This document shows positions 21,148-33,120 of a stretch of DNA of 64,000 bases, piece after piece. The notes below the pieces were generated by a model. That model saw only the letters and a program-made list of their open reading frames with translations, searched no databases and had not been told where the DNA came from. This DNA is from an uncultured Spirochaetota bacterium. Lineage in GTDB: Bacteria; Spirochaetota; Spirochaetia; SZUA-6; Fen-1364. The position numbers and the translations under genes are program-made. Every line of letters begins with the position of its first letter. The stretch's first letter is position 1. The stretch is from contig CAWAHW010000002.1 in NCBI GenBank assembly GCA_963781885.1, positions 704,001-768,000 on the forward strand. The letters run 5' to 3'.

Positions 21148-21605
21148 TCAGCTATGCCGATGCCGGCGCGGAGGACATCGCCATCGTCCGCGAGCTTTTC
21201 GCGGAGTACGGCCAATCGCTGGGCATCGATCTCTCATTCCAGGGCTTCGACCGCGAGCTTGCGACGCTTCCCGGCGCGTATGCGCCGCCGGACGGTGCGG
21301 TGATCATTGCGCGGCAGGACGGCGCGGCCTGTGGATGCGTGGCGCTGCGTCGCATCGACGCGCGCACCTGCGAGATGAAGAGGCTGTACGTGCGCCCCGC
21401 GAGCAGGGGCGATGGCGTGGGCGCGGAGCTCGTGACGCGCATCATCGCGGCCGCGCGCAGCCGCGGCTACGCGGCGATGCGTCTGGACACGCTGCCGTCC
21501 ATGAAAAGCGCGGTCTCGCTGTATCGTTCATTCGGTTTCACCGAGATACCCGCCTACATCTTCAATCCGATTCCCGGCGCCCTCTTCATGGAGAAGACCC
21601 TCTAG
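21144..21605 (+). CDS. GNAT-family N-acetyltransferase
   Basis: CEMKRLYVRPASRGDGVG and AVSLYRSFGF motifs. ATGA overlap with the upstream gene; RBS GAGGAGG. Confidence 0.93.
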   Translation: MISYADAGAEDIAIVRELFAEYGQSLGIDLSFQGFDRELATLPGAYAPPDGAVIIARQDGAACGCVALRRIDARTCEMKRLYVRPASRGDGVGAELVTRIIAAARSRGYAAMRLDTLPSMKSAVSLYRSFGFTEIPAYIFNPIPGALFMEKTL

Positions 21606-21761
21606 ACCGGCCGCGAGCCTGCGGCATTCTCTACCGGCCGCGAGCCTGCGGCATTCTCTACCGGCCGCGAGCCTGCGGCATTCTCTACCGGCCGCGAGCC
21701 TGCGGCATTCTCTACCGGCCGCGAGCCTGCGGCATTCTCTACCGGCCGCGAGCTTGCGGCA
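21606..21761. repeat. Tandem array of a 27-bp palindromic unit, 5 identical copies plus a partial variant
   Basis: ACCGGCCGCGAGCCTGCGGCATTCTCT at 21606, 21633, 21660, 21687 and 21714, with a partial copy at 21741. Confidence 0.97.
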
Positions 21762-23234
21762 CTTGCGATTGCCCCGTCAGCGCGCGCACCGTCTCCTTGA
21801 AGCGCCGTCCCCTGTCGAACTCGTCGCGAAACATCCCGAATGACGTGCAGCCCGGGGAGAAGAGCACCGCGGCGCGGCTACGCGCCGGTCGAGCCAGCCG
21901 CCGAGAGGCCGCCCGTCCGCGTTGCAGCGCGGAGTTGAGCGGCCGCCTCCATGGCGCGCGCGATTGCCATACGCACCGCCTCTTCCAGGTCCGTGAAGGG
22001 GCCTTCATAGGTGATGCCCTGCGCCGCCAGCAGCGCGCGAATCTTTTCCGTGCCGCTGCCCGGCGAGCAGGAGGATGGACCGCGGCACGCGCGCCACCTC
22101 CGCAAGCGGTGAGAAGTCGATGTTCTTGTCCGTGCCGCCGGCAATCAAGATGAGGGGACTCGTCAGAGACCGCACCGCTTCCGCGGTGGCGTGCGGGATC
22201 GTCGCGGCAGAGTCATTGTAGAAGCTGATGCCCTCCCAGGCATGGAACATCTCCAGCCTGTGCTCGACGCCGGGGAATGTCGAAAGGCCCGCGCGGATCA
22301 CTTCCGGCTTCAGGCCGAAAAGACGCAGACCGAGGCCGGCTGCCAGCAAATTCATCCGGTTGTGCGCGCCCGGCAGGAGCGTCTCCGCCATGATGCGGCA
22401 GGTCGGGCCGTCTTGCGAAAGACGCGCGATCCCGTCTCCCTGCTCCAGCCAGGCGCCGCAGCGCTCGGGGGGAAGAGGCGAAGCAGAGACGAAGTATGGC
22501 GACGCGCGCGTCTCCGCCGGGAAATCGCGCTGCCAGGGATCGTCAAGATTGAACACCGCTTTCTGCCCCGGCTCCTGCTCCTGGAATATGGCCTTCTTGT
22601 CCTCGACGTACTCCGTCATGCCGGGATACTTGTCGAGGTGATCGGGGAGGATCACCGTCATCACGGAAACCGCGGCATGCAGGAGCCCGCGGCCGTGCAG
22701 GTCCCCGAGCTGCCACGAGGAAAGCTCCAGCACGACGGGAGCGCCCGGCGCGAGCTCGTCGATGAAGCTGAGCGGGGAGACCGTGATGTTTCCCCCGAGG
22801 CGCGTACCGGCAAAGACGCGGGAGAGCCCGTTCGCCATCGCCAACGCGGTCGTGGACTTGCCCTTGGACCCGGTCACGGCGAGGATCGGGTTGCGCGAAA
22901 GGGAGAGGAAGACCGAAAGGTCGGTCTCGATCGCCACGCCGCTGCCGCGCGCGGCTGCCAGGTATGGCGAGCCGGGCGCCACCGCGGGGTTCTTGATGAC
23001 GAGATCCGCGCCGGCAAAATCCGCCTCTTCGTGGCGCTCCAGCACGTAGCGGACGGGATGATCGCGCAGGCTGTCGATCGATTCTTTGAGCACGGCCGCC
23101 GACCGCAGGTCCGTCACGGTGACTCGTGCGCCCCGGCGGGCGAAAAACAAGGCGGAGGCAAGACCCCCGCCGTTGACGCCCAGACCCATGACGGTGACTT
23201 TCATGCCGGGGAAAGAGGCGGGATCAATCGTCAA
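21739..23234 (-). CDS. murD: UDP-N-acetylmuramoyl-L-alanine--D-glutamate ligase; apparent +1 frameshifts at about 22060 and about 21913
   Basis: VTGSKGKSTT, LELSSWQL, DHLD, VEHRLE, NDSAAT and IAGGTDKN motifs. The C-terminal VLFSPGCTSFGMFRDEFDRG lies in a shifted frame ending at 21739. Confidence 0.93.
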
Positions 23235-24168
23235 TGCGGAACTCCTTCATGTCCGCCTCGTTCAGGTAGGACTGGACCCGGATCGTGGACCATGCGTCGT
23301 ACCATTCGGCCGGCACCGTCTTCTTGAGCTCCAGGAACACGGGCATCTCTTCCGAGAAGCTGCTGCGCTCCATCTCCGCCTGGATTCTTTCCATGGAGGG
23401 CAGGAGGAAACCGAGGCTTCGATGCAGCTGCGGCACCGACGCCGCCCGCTGGGCGGGGCTGAGACCGATAAGGGACTGGCAGACGGTCTTGTATTTGCAG
23501 TGGTAGGGATAGTACGGGTAGGTCTTACGTCCGGCCGGCAGGAAGAGCCTGCTGAAGAATTTCGTGAGGTCGGCGTCCATCCATATGCCCTGCTGGAAAT
23601 ATCCACGGCCGAACTCCCCGATCCACGTCTGGGAAATGGTCTGGTGGACCCGGAATCCCTTCACTCTCCCGTTGGCAAGAACGACTTCCTCCAGGGGGAT
23701 GACGATCGGCTCCAGAAAGAGCCGTTGGGTGGCATAGGCCGGGGTCAGGTCATTCGTCCCCTTTTCCTGCACAGTGGACTCCGTCGCGCGCATCATCAGA
23801 TCGATGCGTAACAGGTACAGGTACAGGCTCTCGTCGACGCGATAGACGTGGTAGAAGCAGGGGCGCAGGATTTCGGCCGGGTCGAAGAAATAGGTGAGGT
23901 CCTTCAGGAGCTGCGGGGCAAGCCGCGCCACCTGCGCGGTGACCGTCGTGAGGGCCGCCGCGTAATCGGACGACGGCTCGCTTTGGCGCACGTCGTGGTG
24001 GATGCGGAAATGCGGGACGGAAAGGGGACCTTCGAGATGGAGGAAGAAGTCCTCGCTCTGGCTGAAGTGGCGCCGGTAAGGGCGTTGTTCGGTGCCGATG
24101 GACTCGAGAAGACCGTTGATCCGCTGATCGGCGAAGCCGACGCGTATCTCGTTCGATATCTGCTCCAC
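23224..24168 (-). CDS. Hypothetical protein
   Basis: 314-aa ORF with normal composition, overlapping the murD start. No motif recognised. Confidence 0.8.
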   Translation of the reverse strand: MEQISNEIRVGFADQRINGLLESIGTEQRPYRRHFSQSEDFFLHLEGPLSVPHFRIHHDVRQSEPSSDYAAALTTVTAQVARLAPQLLKDLTYFFDPAEILRPCFYHVYRVDESLYLYLLRIDLMMRATESTVQEKGTNDLTPAYATQRLFLEPIVIPLEEVVLANGRVKGFRVHQTISQTWIGEFGRGYFQQGIWMDADLTKFFSRLFLPAGRKTYPYYPYHCKYKTVCQSLIGLSPAQRAASVPQLHRSLGFLLPSMERIQAEMERSSFSEEMPVFLELKKTVPAEWYDAWSTIRVQSYLNEADMKEFRIDD

Positions 24169-24209
24169 TGGCCGTTATTAAACAGGAAATGCGGGTCCGC
24201 GGCAACACA

Positions 24210-24288
24210 GCCACCGTAACCGGTGGCGGAGTTGGCCACGGTATTCCGTGGCATTCGTTCGGCCGGAGGCCGCAGCTTCGCGGCCGGC
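24210..24288. repeat. Cluster of three short palindromic modules
   Basis: GCCACCG-TAAC-CGGTGGC (24210-27), GCCACGG-TATT-CCGTGGC (24235-52) and GGCCGC-AGCTTC-GCGGCC (24268-85). Confidence 0.8.
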
Positions 24289-24307
24289 GCCGCGCCCGGA
24301 TCCCCCT

Positions 24308-26264
24308 CTACAACTTATCCGGCGGCACGACGGCGCCGTGCTTCTCCTTCAGCGCAAGCAGACCCTGGCGCTGTTCCGCGTAGACCTCGAATATGCGCGG
24401 CGGCATCTTCTTCTCCTTGCGATACGCATCCTCCTGGAGCTGGATGCGCTGGAGGATGTTGTCGACGTAGAAGGAGAACTGCTTGTCATAGAGGCTCTTC
24501 TGATAGGGCTTGTCGATGGTGTCCTCGAATATCTTTCGCAAGTCCTCGTAGCGCGGGATGAAGCCGATCGGCGTCTCGATGCCGCCCGCCTCGCCGTGCG
24601 CGTAGCGCTCCAGCCACGACAGCCACGCCCGCACGTCCTTTTTTTCTCCCAGCAGCTTCTTCATGTCGCCGCCGCGCTCGCAGTCGAGCAGGAAATAATT
24701 CAGCCCCGCAATGAGCGGTCGTCCCGCGCGGGAGAACTTCTTGGAGTTGAAGAAGATGAATTGCGCCTCCATGTAGTCCCCCAGGGGGCAGGGGATGAAG
24801 GGCGAGTTCGCCCAGGGCTGCCGGTTCACTCCCTTGGCGCCGACTTCCGTCGCGGTTGCCGCGGAAAGGATGGAGGCGCCGATTGCCACGCCGTGGTCGG
24901 GGCTCTTCGCCACCCACACCGGCGGCATCGTGTCGCTGTCCCTCCCGCTGTAGGTGATCACGCTGATGGGGACCCCCGCAGGATCGTTTGCCACCGTGGC
25001 GTTGAAATTGGCGATGGCCGTGTTGGAGAGGGTGATGCGCGCGTTGGGGTTGGAGACGGGCACGGGTTTGCCGTTCTTGTCGGTCTTGCCCGGCCACCAG
25101 TCGCCTTGGAAGTTCTTTCCCTTTGTCGGAAGCGCTTCGCCGCTTCCCGTCCAGTAGGGAATGCTGTGCTCGTCCACCAGCACGTTCGACCAGATCACCT
25201 CCGTGCCTTCCTCCCGCAGGCAGCGGTAGAGGTACGGGTCGCCTTCCTTGTTCAGGTCCTCGACGATGCCGAAGATGCCGATCTCGGGGTTCACCGCGCG
25301 GAGGGTTCCGTCCGGGGCGATCCACATCTGGGAAAGGTCGTCACCCACATAATCGGTGCCGACCATGGCGGTTGTCGTCTTTCCGCACCCCGAAGGGGCG
25401 GCACCGGCGAAGAATGTCTTCCTGCCGCCCGGCCCGGTCATGCCCGTGATGAACATGTGCTCGGAGAGCTCCTTCTCCCGGCGGTAATAGGTGCAGAGAT
25501 CGACCGCGAACCGGTGGTTTCCCTTTTTCAGCATGAGGGTGTTGCCCGGCGTACGTACAGTACATGCTGAAGGTCGTGAACCAGCTCCTGTCCATGAAGA
25601 TGCGGGCCTTCGGGATGTCCTCCGACCTGTTGGTGCCCTGGCTGTGCACGTTCGTGAAAAAGACGCCGGCCCGTTTCGTCTCGGCGTCGAACCGGTCGAA
25701 GACCGACCGGTACAGGATGTTGGCGCTGTGCATGACGTAGGCGGAGCTCGTGATCATGAGACCGGGGATCGATGCCTGCGCCCCGATGGGGCCGCGGTTG
25801 TAGAAGCCGACGAAAAGGGTCTTGCCCTTCATGATGCCGCGCATCGTCTCGCGGATGTAGGCGAGGGCCTCGTCGCGCACCATCTTCTTGGCGAGCACGC
25901 TCACCTCTTCGTTCTCGTTTGCGATGTAGTAGGTCTGGTCGACCATGCGGCCCTGGTCCTCCGGCAGGTCGAAATGCAGCGTGTGGTCTTTCATCGCGAG
26001 GGGGCATTCCTCCCCCCCGTCGAGGCTCATGGTGCGGCATGCCGCCACGTCCTCCGCGGAGGCGGTGACGACGAACACGCGGGAAGGGCCGCACATCGCG
26101 ATGGCATTCGCGATGCGGATGAGGGCGCCCTTCGTGCGGATGGCATGGAGCTTCGATCCCTCCGCCGCGTCCAGTGAGACGGCGAAAACCTTCTTCGCAT
26201 CGGCGAGAGTGTGGACCCCGCCGACCTCGGTCAGGATGTCGATGCCTTTTGAAAGCTCCAGCAT
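24308..26264 (-). CDS. pckG: GTP-dependent phosphoenolpyruvate carboxykinase; apparent +1 frameshift at about 25546
   Basis: YAGN (after removing one G), LSEHM, GAAPSGCGKTT, VGDD, AVNPE.G.FG, SNPNAR, YSGRDSD and LNYFL motifs. ATG 26264 follows AAGGAG. Confidence 0.92.
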
Positions 26265-26428
26265 GTCCTTCTCCTTCGAACGACCCCGCGCCCGATTCGT
26301 CCACCGGCGCGGTCGTTGCGGCGGTGCAGAGAGATGCATATTTATGCAGGTTCGTAAGATAAAAGAGGATTTTATACCCGCTGTCAATGGGGCAGCAGGC
26401 GTCGGAAGAGGGCGTCCCCGCGCTTCTC

Positions 26429-27983
<1,555 letters not shown>

Positions 27984-28037
27984 CGGTGCCTCCGTTGCGG
28001 CCACAATAATGTATGAATCTTGTCTGAAAGATACAGA

Positions 28038-28066
28038 AATGTAGCGCCTATCCGTCGCCGTGTCAA
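28038..28066 (-). promoter_or_regulatory. Sigma70-type promoter of the NifA-like activator
   Basis: TTGACA-17 nt-TACATT. Confidence 0.65.
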
Positions 28067-28139
28067 GGGAAGACGGCGCCCCCGTGATTCTCCCTTCGCT
28101 TCATGATGCGCCCGCCGCAGGAGATCCGGCAGACAATTG

Positions 28140-28168
28140 TTGACAGCGCCTGCCGGCTCCCGTATAAA
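28140..28168 (+). promoter_or_regulatory. Sigma70-type promoter, probably leaderless
   Basis: TTGACA-17 nt-TATAAA with ATG 6 nt downstream. Confidence 0.65.
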
Positions 28169-28174
28169 CCATGC

Positions 28175-29461
28175 ATGAACCCACTGGCACAGGAATTGAA
28201 TGCCGTTCTCTCCGGCAGCGTCGCGGGCTCACTGCTGTCCCCGCTCGGTCGGAGGCTCTATTTCCCCAAGGGCATCGTCGCGCAGTCCGCGGAGGCCAAG
28301 AAGGGCGCCACGCGCGCCAACGCGACCATCGGCATCGCCACCCGTGAGGGCAAGCCCGTCTTCCTTGACGCTATTCGCTCGCTCGTGCCCGGGCTCGAGC
28401 CCGACGAGATCTTCCCCTATGCGCCCACCCAGGGGGTGGAAAAGCTGAGGGAGCTGTGGAAGAAGGAGATCGTCCAGAAGAATCCCGACATCGGCAGTGC
28501 CGCCTTTTCCCTTCCCCTCGTGGTGGCGGGTCTCACCTGCGGCATCTCGACTCTCGCGGACCTGTTCGCCGACGCGGGCGACACGCTCGTGCTGCCCGAC
28601 CTGCACTGGGACAATTACCCCCTGATCTTCGAGACCCGGCGGGAGGCGACCATCGCCACCTTCCCGTTTTTCAGCGCCGCCGGCGGCTTCAACGTCGACG
28701 CGCTTCGGGCGACCCTCGCCCGCGCGGCGAAATCAGGGAAGGTGCTCCTCCTTCTCAACTTCCCCAACAACCCGACCGGCTATTCCCCGACGCGCGCCGA
28801 GGCGGACGCCATCACCGCCGCGATCCACGACGTGGCGGCGGGCGGCGCGAAGTGTCTCGTCATCACGGACGACGCCTACTTCGGCCTCTTCTATGAGAAG
28901 GACACCTATTGCCAGTCCCTCTTCGCGCGCCTCTGCAGCCTGCATGAAAACGTGCTCGCCGCGAAGGTGGACGGCTCCACGAAGGAAGACCTCACGTGGG
29001 GGTTCCGCACCGGCTTCATCACATTCGGCGGAAAGGGAATCACACCCGCGCAGTACGACGCCCTCACGCGCAAGCTCATGGGTGCCGTGCGCTCCACCGT
29101 TTCCAACTCCAGCATCCTCGCGCAGAGCCTCATCCTCCACGCGATGCAGAGTCCGGATCGTGACGCGCAGAAGCAGGAAGCGGCAAAGATGCTCCGCGAA
29201 CGTTACCTGAAGGTGAAGGGGATCCTGGCTCGGAAAAAAAGCTCCGCCATCGAGCCGCTGCCGTTTAATTCCGGCTATTTCATGGCCTTCAAGCTATTGA
29301 AGGGCAGCGCGGAAGAGCTTCGCAAGACTCTGCTCGCCAAGAGCGGCATCGGCACCATCGCCATCGACGAACACTGCCTGCGGGTCGCCTTTTCCAGCGT
29401 GGACGTGGAGAAACTCGAGGAGCTCTACGATACGATTTACGCCGCCGCGGAGGCAGTGTAG
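28175..29461 (+). CDS. PLP-dependent aminotransferase class I/II
   Basis: NATIG, NFPNNPTG, DDAY and STKE...WGFRTG motifs. Confidence 0.92.
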   Translation: MNPLAQELNAVLSGSVAGSLLSPLGRRLYFPKGIVAQSAEAKKGATRANATIGIATREGKPVFLDAIRSLVPGLEPDEIFPYAPTQGVEKLRELWKKEIVQKNPDIGSAAFSLPLVVAGLTCGISTLADLFADAGDTLVLPDLHWDNYPLIFETRREATIATFPFFSAAGGFNVDALRATLARAAKSGKVLLLLNFPNNPTGYSPTRAEADAITAAIHDVAAGGAKCLVITDDAYFGLFYEKDTYCQSLFARLCSLHENVLAAKVDGSTKEDLTWGFRTGFITFGGKGITPAQYDALTRKLMGAVRSTVSNSSILAQSLILHAMQSPDRDAQKQEAAKMLRERYLKVKGILARKKSSAIEPLPFNSGYFMAFKLLKGSAEELRKTLLAKSGIGTIAIDEHCLRVAFSSVDVEKLEELYDTIYAAAEAV

Positions 29462-29605
29462 GCAGGGACGCGTAGCGCCCCGCGCGGCGAGGAGGGCGGT
29501 AGACTGGCCGCCGGTTGTTATAAAACGCTTTTTTCTCTCCCCCTTCATTCCGCATTTATGGATTTGCCGTCGCGCGCAGTCGACCATGATAAGCGGAGGC
29601 AAAAG

Positions 29606-30082
29606 ATGAAGCGAATGATTCCTTTTCTCTTACTGCTGATTCTTCCCGCTGCCCTGTTCGCGCAGAGCCAGCAGACCGCCGAGAACAAGATGCTCAAGCA
29701 ATTCGGTCTCGACGATACGAAAATCGCGCAGGTCATGGACATCCAGAGCAAGACCATGGCCGCGGTCCGGCAGGACGCGGTGCATCTCCAGCTGCTTCGC
29801 GCGCAGTTGGCCCAGGCACTCCTCCCGGCGAAGCCGGACATGACCGCGGTCAATGACCTCATCGGCCAGGAGGCGCAGACCCGGACCGACATCCAGAAGA
29901 CCGTGGTGGGCGCGCGGGTGCAACTGCGGCAGATCATGGGAGACGACAACTTCCGCGTCTATGCATGGCACCTGCGGACGATGTTCGGCAACCGTCTCCG
30001 CGGCAGGGGACAGGGCTTCATGATGAAAGGGGGAATGCGGTCCGGGGGCTCCGCGATGAGTGGCGCCCAGCCGGGCGCATAG
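29606..30082 (+). CDS. Secreted helical protein, Spy/CpxP-like
   Basis: Signal peptide (ALFA-Q), predicted helical hairpin and a Gly/Met-rich tail. RBS GGAGG. Confidence 0.65.
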   Translation: MKRMIPFLLLLILPAALFAQSQQTAENKMLKQFGLDDTKIAQVMDIQSKTMAAVRQDAVHLQLLRAQLAQALLPAKPDMTAVNDLIGQEAQTRTDIQKTVVGARVQLRQIMGDDNFRVYAWHLRTMFGNRLRGRGQGFMMKGGMRSGGSAMSGAQPGA

Positions 30083-30155
30083 GCACGAAAGGCTCGCCGC
30101 GTCAGCCGCTCCATGAGATCCGGCGCGGCGGGAGCCCGGGAAAAGCGGCGGGCTC

Positions 30156-30635
30156 CTACTGGTTGACCAGGAGCCTGCCGAGGTCCTTCAGCTCGGTGAT
30201 GCGCTCGTAGACGGGGCGTTTCTTGTCGTGGGCGGCGCGGTCCAGCGCCGTGACCTTCAGGTACAGCTCGTTGATCAGGTCCGAAAGGATCGCGAGATTC
30301 ACGGGAAAGTTCTGCGCGGCCATGTCGCGGAGCACCCTCTCTTGGTCCGTGCTCCCCTGCGCAAGCATCGCGCGGAGATTGGGCACCAGCTTTGCCCGCG
30401 CTTCGTGGATGAAGTGCGCGGCGGCGAGGACCATCTCGTAGAGCTCGTCGAACTGGAAACCCTGCTGGAGGTAGTACTCGGACTTGTTCGTCAGGTTCTC
30501 CAGCCTGTCCCATTCGGCCTGCTGGAGCTCCAGGACGACGAGAGCCTTGCGTATGAAGCGGTTGGAAACATTGTTCAGAAAGTGTTCTCCGATTTTCTCC
30601 ACGATCCTGAAAACATCCGGGTCCTTGATTGTCAC
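30156..30635 (-). CDS. Hypothetical protein
   Basis: 159-aa helical ORF with strong codon bias and GTG after AAAGG. Confidence 0.8.
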   Translation of the reverse strand: MTIKDPDVFRIVEKIGEHFLNNVSNRFIRKALVVLELQQAEWDRLENLTNKSEYYLQQGFQFDELYEMVLAAAHFIHEARAKLVPNLRAMLAQGSTDQERVLRDMAAQNFPVNLAILSDLINELYLKVTALDRAAHDKKRPVYERITELKDLGRLLVNQ

Positions 30636-30703
30636 CTTTCGCGCCTCTCAGGATGGAGGGTACGCGTCGCACCGCATCCGGTCAAGGCGCGGCGAAAAGC
30701 GCC

Positions 30704-31684
30704 TCACGGGTCGGGCCGACAGAGCCGGCCCTGGCGCGCCCCGCGGGCGCGCATCTCCCGTGTGAGAAGCGCGATGAACGCCTGCTTGCCGGGGAATGCC
30801 CGCGGCGCCGCCAGTCTTTGCCGCGGCGTGTCGCACGTGAGGCGCATGATCACCGTCTGCGGGGGAAGGAGCTCCAGCGCGGCGATCACGTACTCGATGT
30901 GCCGCCTGGTGCCGGGCACCGTGATCTCGCCCTGGAGGAGCTCGCGGGCGAGCGGGGTCTTGAGCGGCACGTGAAGGTTGTGGATCTTCACCCCATCGGG
31001 CCGCAGGGCAGCGACCCAGCGCGCCGTTGCGGCAACCTCGGGCGCTCCTTCACCCGGCAGCCCGAAGATGAGATGGACCGCCACCTTCAGACCCCGGTCG
31101 GCGAGGAGCCGGTAGGCGGTGAGGAAGTCGGCGGCCGTATGCCCGCGCCCGATCCGCCTCAGCGTCTCGTCATTCGCGGTCTGGAGGCCGAGCTCGACCC
31201 ATACCTCCAGTCCGCGTTCGCGGTAGGACGCCAACAGGTCTGCTTTTTCCGCATCGATGCAGTCCGGCCGGGTGGCGACGTTGAGGCCCTTGAAGGGCGC
31301 GAGGGCGAGCCCCGCGTCATAGACGCGCCGCAGTGTCTCCACCGGCGCGTTGGTGTTGGAGTATGCCTGGAAGAAGAGGATGAACGCTTCGGCCCCGTAG
31401 CGGCGCGTCAGAAAGGACACGGCATTCTGCACCTGCGCGGCAAGCGGTTCGCCGTCTGGCAGCTCACCGTGCGGTGGCAACGGAAGGAATGGCCGGCCGC
31501 AGGCTTCCTGGTAGGGTGCCCGCGACCCGTCCTCGGCACAGAAGGTGCATCCGGATCCCGACCTGCCGCCGCGCCGATGCGGGCAGCCGAACCCTGCGTC
31601 CACCGCCACGCGATAGACCGTGCACCCGTGCCTTTCACGAAGGTAGCGGGCATACGTGAGGTAAGGGGGCTGCGAAACCGGCAT
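30704..31684 (-). CDS. Radical SAM protein, TIGR01212/YhcC family
   Basis: GFGCPHR...GCTFC, FQAYSNT, TRPDC, ELGLQT and GVKIHNLH motifs. Confidence 0.92.
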   Translation of the reverse strand: MPVSQPPYLTYARYLRERHGCTVYRVAVDAGFGCPHRRGGRSGSGCTFCAEDGSRAPYQEACGRPFLPLPPHGELPDGEPLAAQVQNAVSFLTRRYGAEAFILFFQAYSNTNAPVETLRRVYDAGLALAPFKGLNVATRPDCIDAEKADLLASYRERGLEVWVELGLQTANDETLRRIGRGHTAADFLTAYRLLADRGLKVAVHLIFGLPGEGAPEVAATARWVAALRPDGVKIHNLHVPLKTPLARELLQGEITVPGTRRHIEYVIAALELLPPQTVIMRLTCDTPRQRLAAPRAFPGKQAFIALLTREMRARGARQGRLCRPDP

Positions 31685-31712
31685 GACTCCTGACGATAGC
31701 AGATGGCCGCCA

Positions 31713-31741
31713 TTGACAACAAGAATCGCTCTTCCTACAGT
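31713..31741 (+). promoter_or_regulatory. Sigma70-type promoter, probably leaderless
   Basis: TTGACA-17 nt-TACAGT with ATG 7 nt downstream. Confidence 0.65.
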
Positions 31742-31748
31742 GCACGCG

Positions 31749-33017
31749 ATGGCGTGCCTCACGAAAAGCAGAAAGAGACGGGCGCTGGTCGTCGTTTTCC
31801 CCGCCGCGGCGGCGCTCTGCGCACTGCTCGCCGGGTGCGGCCTCGGTCTGGAGCCGACCGTCCAGCTGGTCACGAACAGGCCCGAAATGGCCGCCTATGT
31901 GGACCGGTTCAATGCCGTGCAGTCCGACGTGAAGGTGGAGATCAGTTACCAGGAAACGCCAGCGCAGGCGGTGCTCGACGGGATCGCTGGGGACGTCGTG
32001 ATCGGCGAGTGGCTTTCAAGCCCCGCGGTGATGGATAGAATGGACGGCCTGGGTGACATCGTGAAGCCCGGAAAGATCGACCCGTCCTGGTTCTATTCCC
32101 GGCTGCTTGCCATGGGCTCGCGCGACAACCGGCCCGTGCTCGTCCCGCTCTCCTTCTCCCTTCCAGCGATCGTCTACGTGCGAGGCCCCGCGGACCTGCC
32201 GACCATGTTCATGCCCCTGGACACGCTGCGCGAGATGAGCAAGGCCTTCAACAAGACCGACAAGGCCGGAGCGCCGGCGAGCGTGGGCTTTTCTCCCACG
32301 TGGAGCCCCGATTTCCTCACGTCCACGGCGCTCCTCTTCGGCACCCACCTGCGCCCGGGTCGCAACGGCATGCCATCGTGGGACGAAAGCGGGCTTCGCA
32401 AGACCGTGGATTTCGTCACCTCATGGGTCGCCGACAACAACGGGGGCGCTGCTGACGGCAGCTTTGCCGCCCGTTACGTCCTCAACCAGCCGTGGGCGTG
32501 GCATAAGCTGCTCGCGGACCCGCCGCGCGCCCTTTTCGGGTTCGCATCATTCACGGACTTCTTTGCCTTGCCGGAGGAGGAGCGCCGCGACCTGGATTTT
32601 CGCTGGCTTTCCCAGGACGGGGTGATTCCGGTCCTGGACAACGTCCTCTTTGCGGGCATCCAGAGATCAGCCCGCGACAAGGGCGGCGCGCGCGCCTTCC
32701 TCCAGTGGTTCTGCTCCCTCGGGGTTCAGCAGAACCTGATCACGGTGAATCAGTCCCGGAGGATCGGGGTGTTCGGGATCACGAACGGCTTCTCAGCCCT
32801 GAAAAGCATCAATGAGAAGGACCTCCCGATGAAATACCCCCTCCTGTTGGGACATGTGCCGCAGGAAAACCTCCTCGTCTTCCCCGACATGCTGCCGGAT
32901 TCGTGGCTGCGGGTGCGGGATGTCATGGACCCCTGGATCGTCGCCACTGCTCGGGGTCAGGAGACGGAAACACTGCAGAAAAAACTCGATGAATGGCAAA
33001 ATGCCCAGAAAAAGTGA
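31749..33017 (+). CDS. Lipoprotein, probable ABC extracellular solute-binding protein
   Basis: Lipobox LAGC; size and pattern resemble sugar-binding proteins; adjacent to a sugar ABC ATPase. Confidence 0.72.
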   Translation: MACLTKSRKRRALVVVFPAAAALCALLAGCGLGLEPTVQLVTNRPEMAAYVDRFNAVQSDVKVEISYQETPAQAVLDGIAGDVVIGEWLSSPAVMDRMDGLGDIVKPGKIDPSWFYSRLLAMGSRDNRPVLVPLSFSLPAIVYVRGPADLPTMFMPLDTLREMSKAFNKTDKAGAPASVGFSPTWSPDFLTSTALLFGTHLRPGRNGMPSWDESGLRKTVDFVTSWVADNNGGAADGSFAARYVLNQPWAWHKLLADPPRALFGFASFTDFFALPEEERRDLDFRWLSQDGVIPVLDNVLFAGIQRSARDKGGARAFLQWFCSLGVQQNLITVNQSRRIGVFGITNGFSALKSINEKDLPMKYPLLLGHVPQENLLVFPDMLPDSWLRVRDVMDPWIVATARGQETETLQKKLDEWQNAQKK

Positions 33018-33056
33018 GGCCGGAAGGGGGCCGGAGGCTCCCTGGGGACTTTTTCA

Positions 33057-33085
33057 TTGACAGCAGCCCCCATCTGCTCTATGAT
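33057..33085 (+). promoter_or_regulatory. Sigma70-type promoter of the ABC ATPase
   Basis: TTGACA-17 nt-TATGAT. Confidence 0.7.
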
Positions 33086-33120
33086 CGCCGCATAAGATAA
33101 TCCACCCAGGGAGGTTGCCT

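Noticed and set aside
31440-31510. Possible remnant of the palindrome family inside the radical SAM gene (also 13802-13817 and 55493-55522)
   Set aside because: Only partial or short matches, plausible by chance at this GC content.
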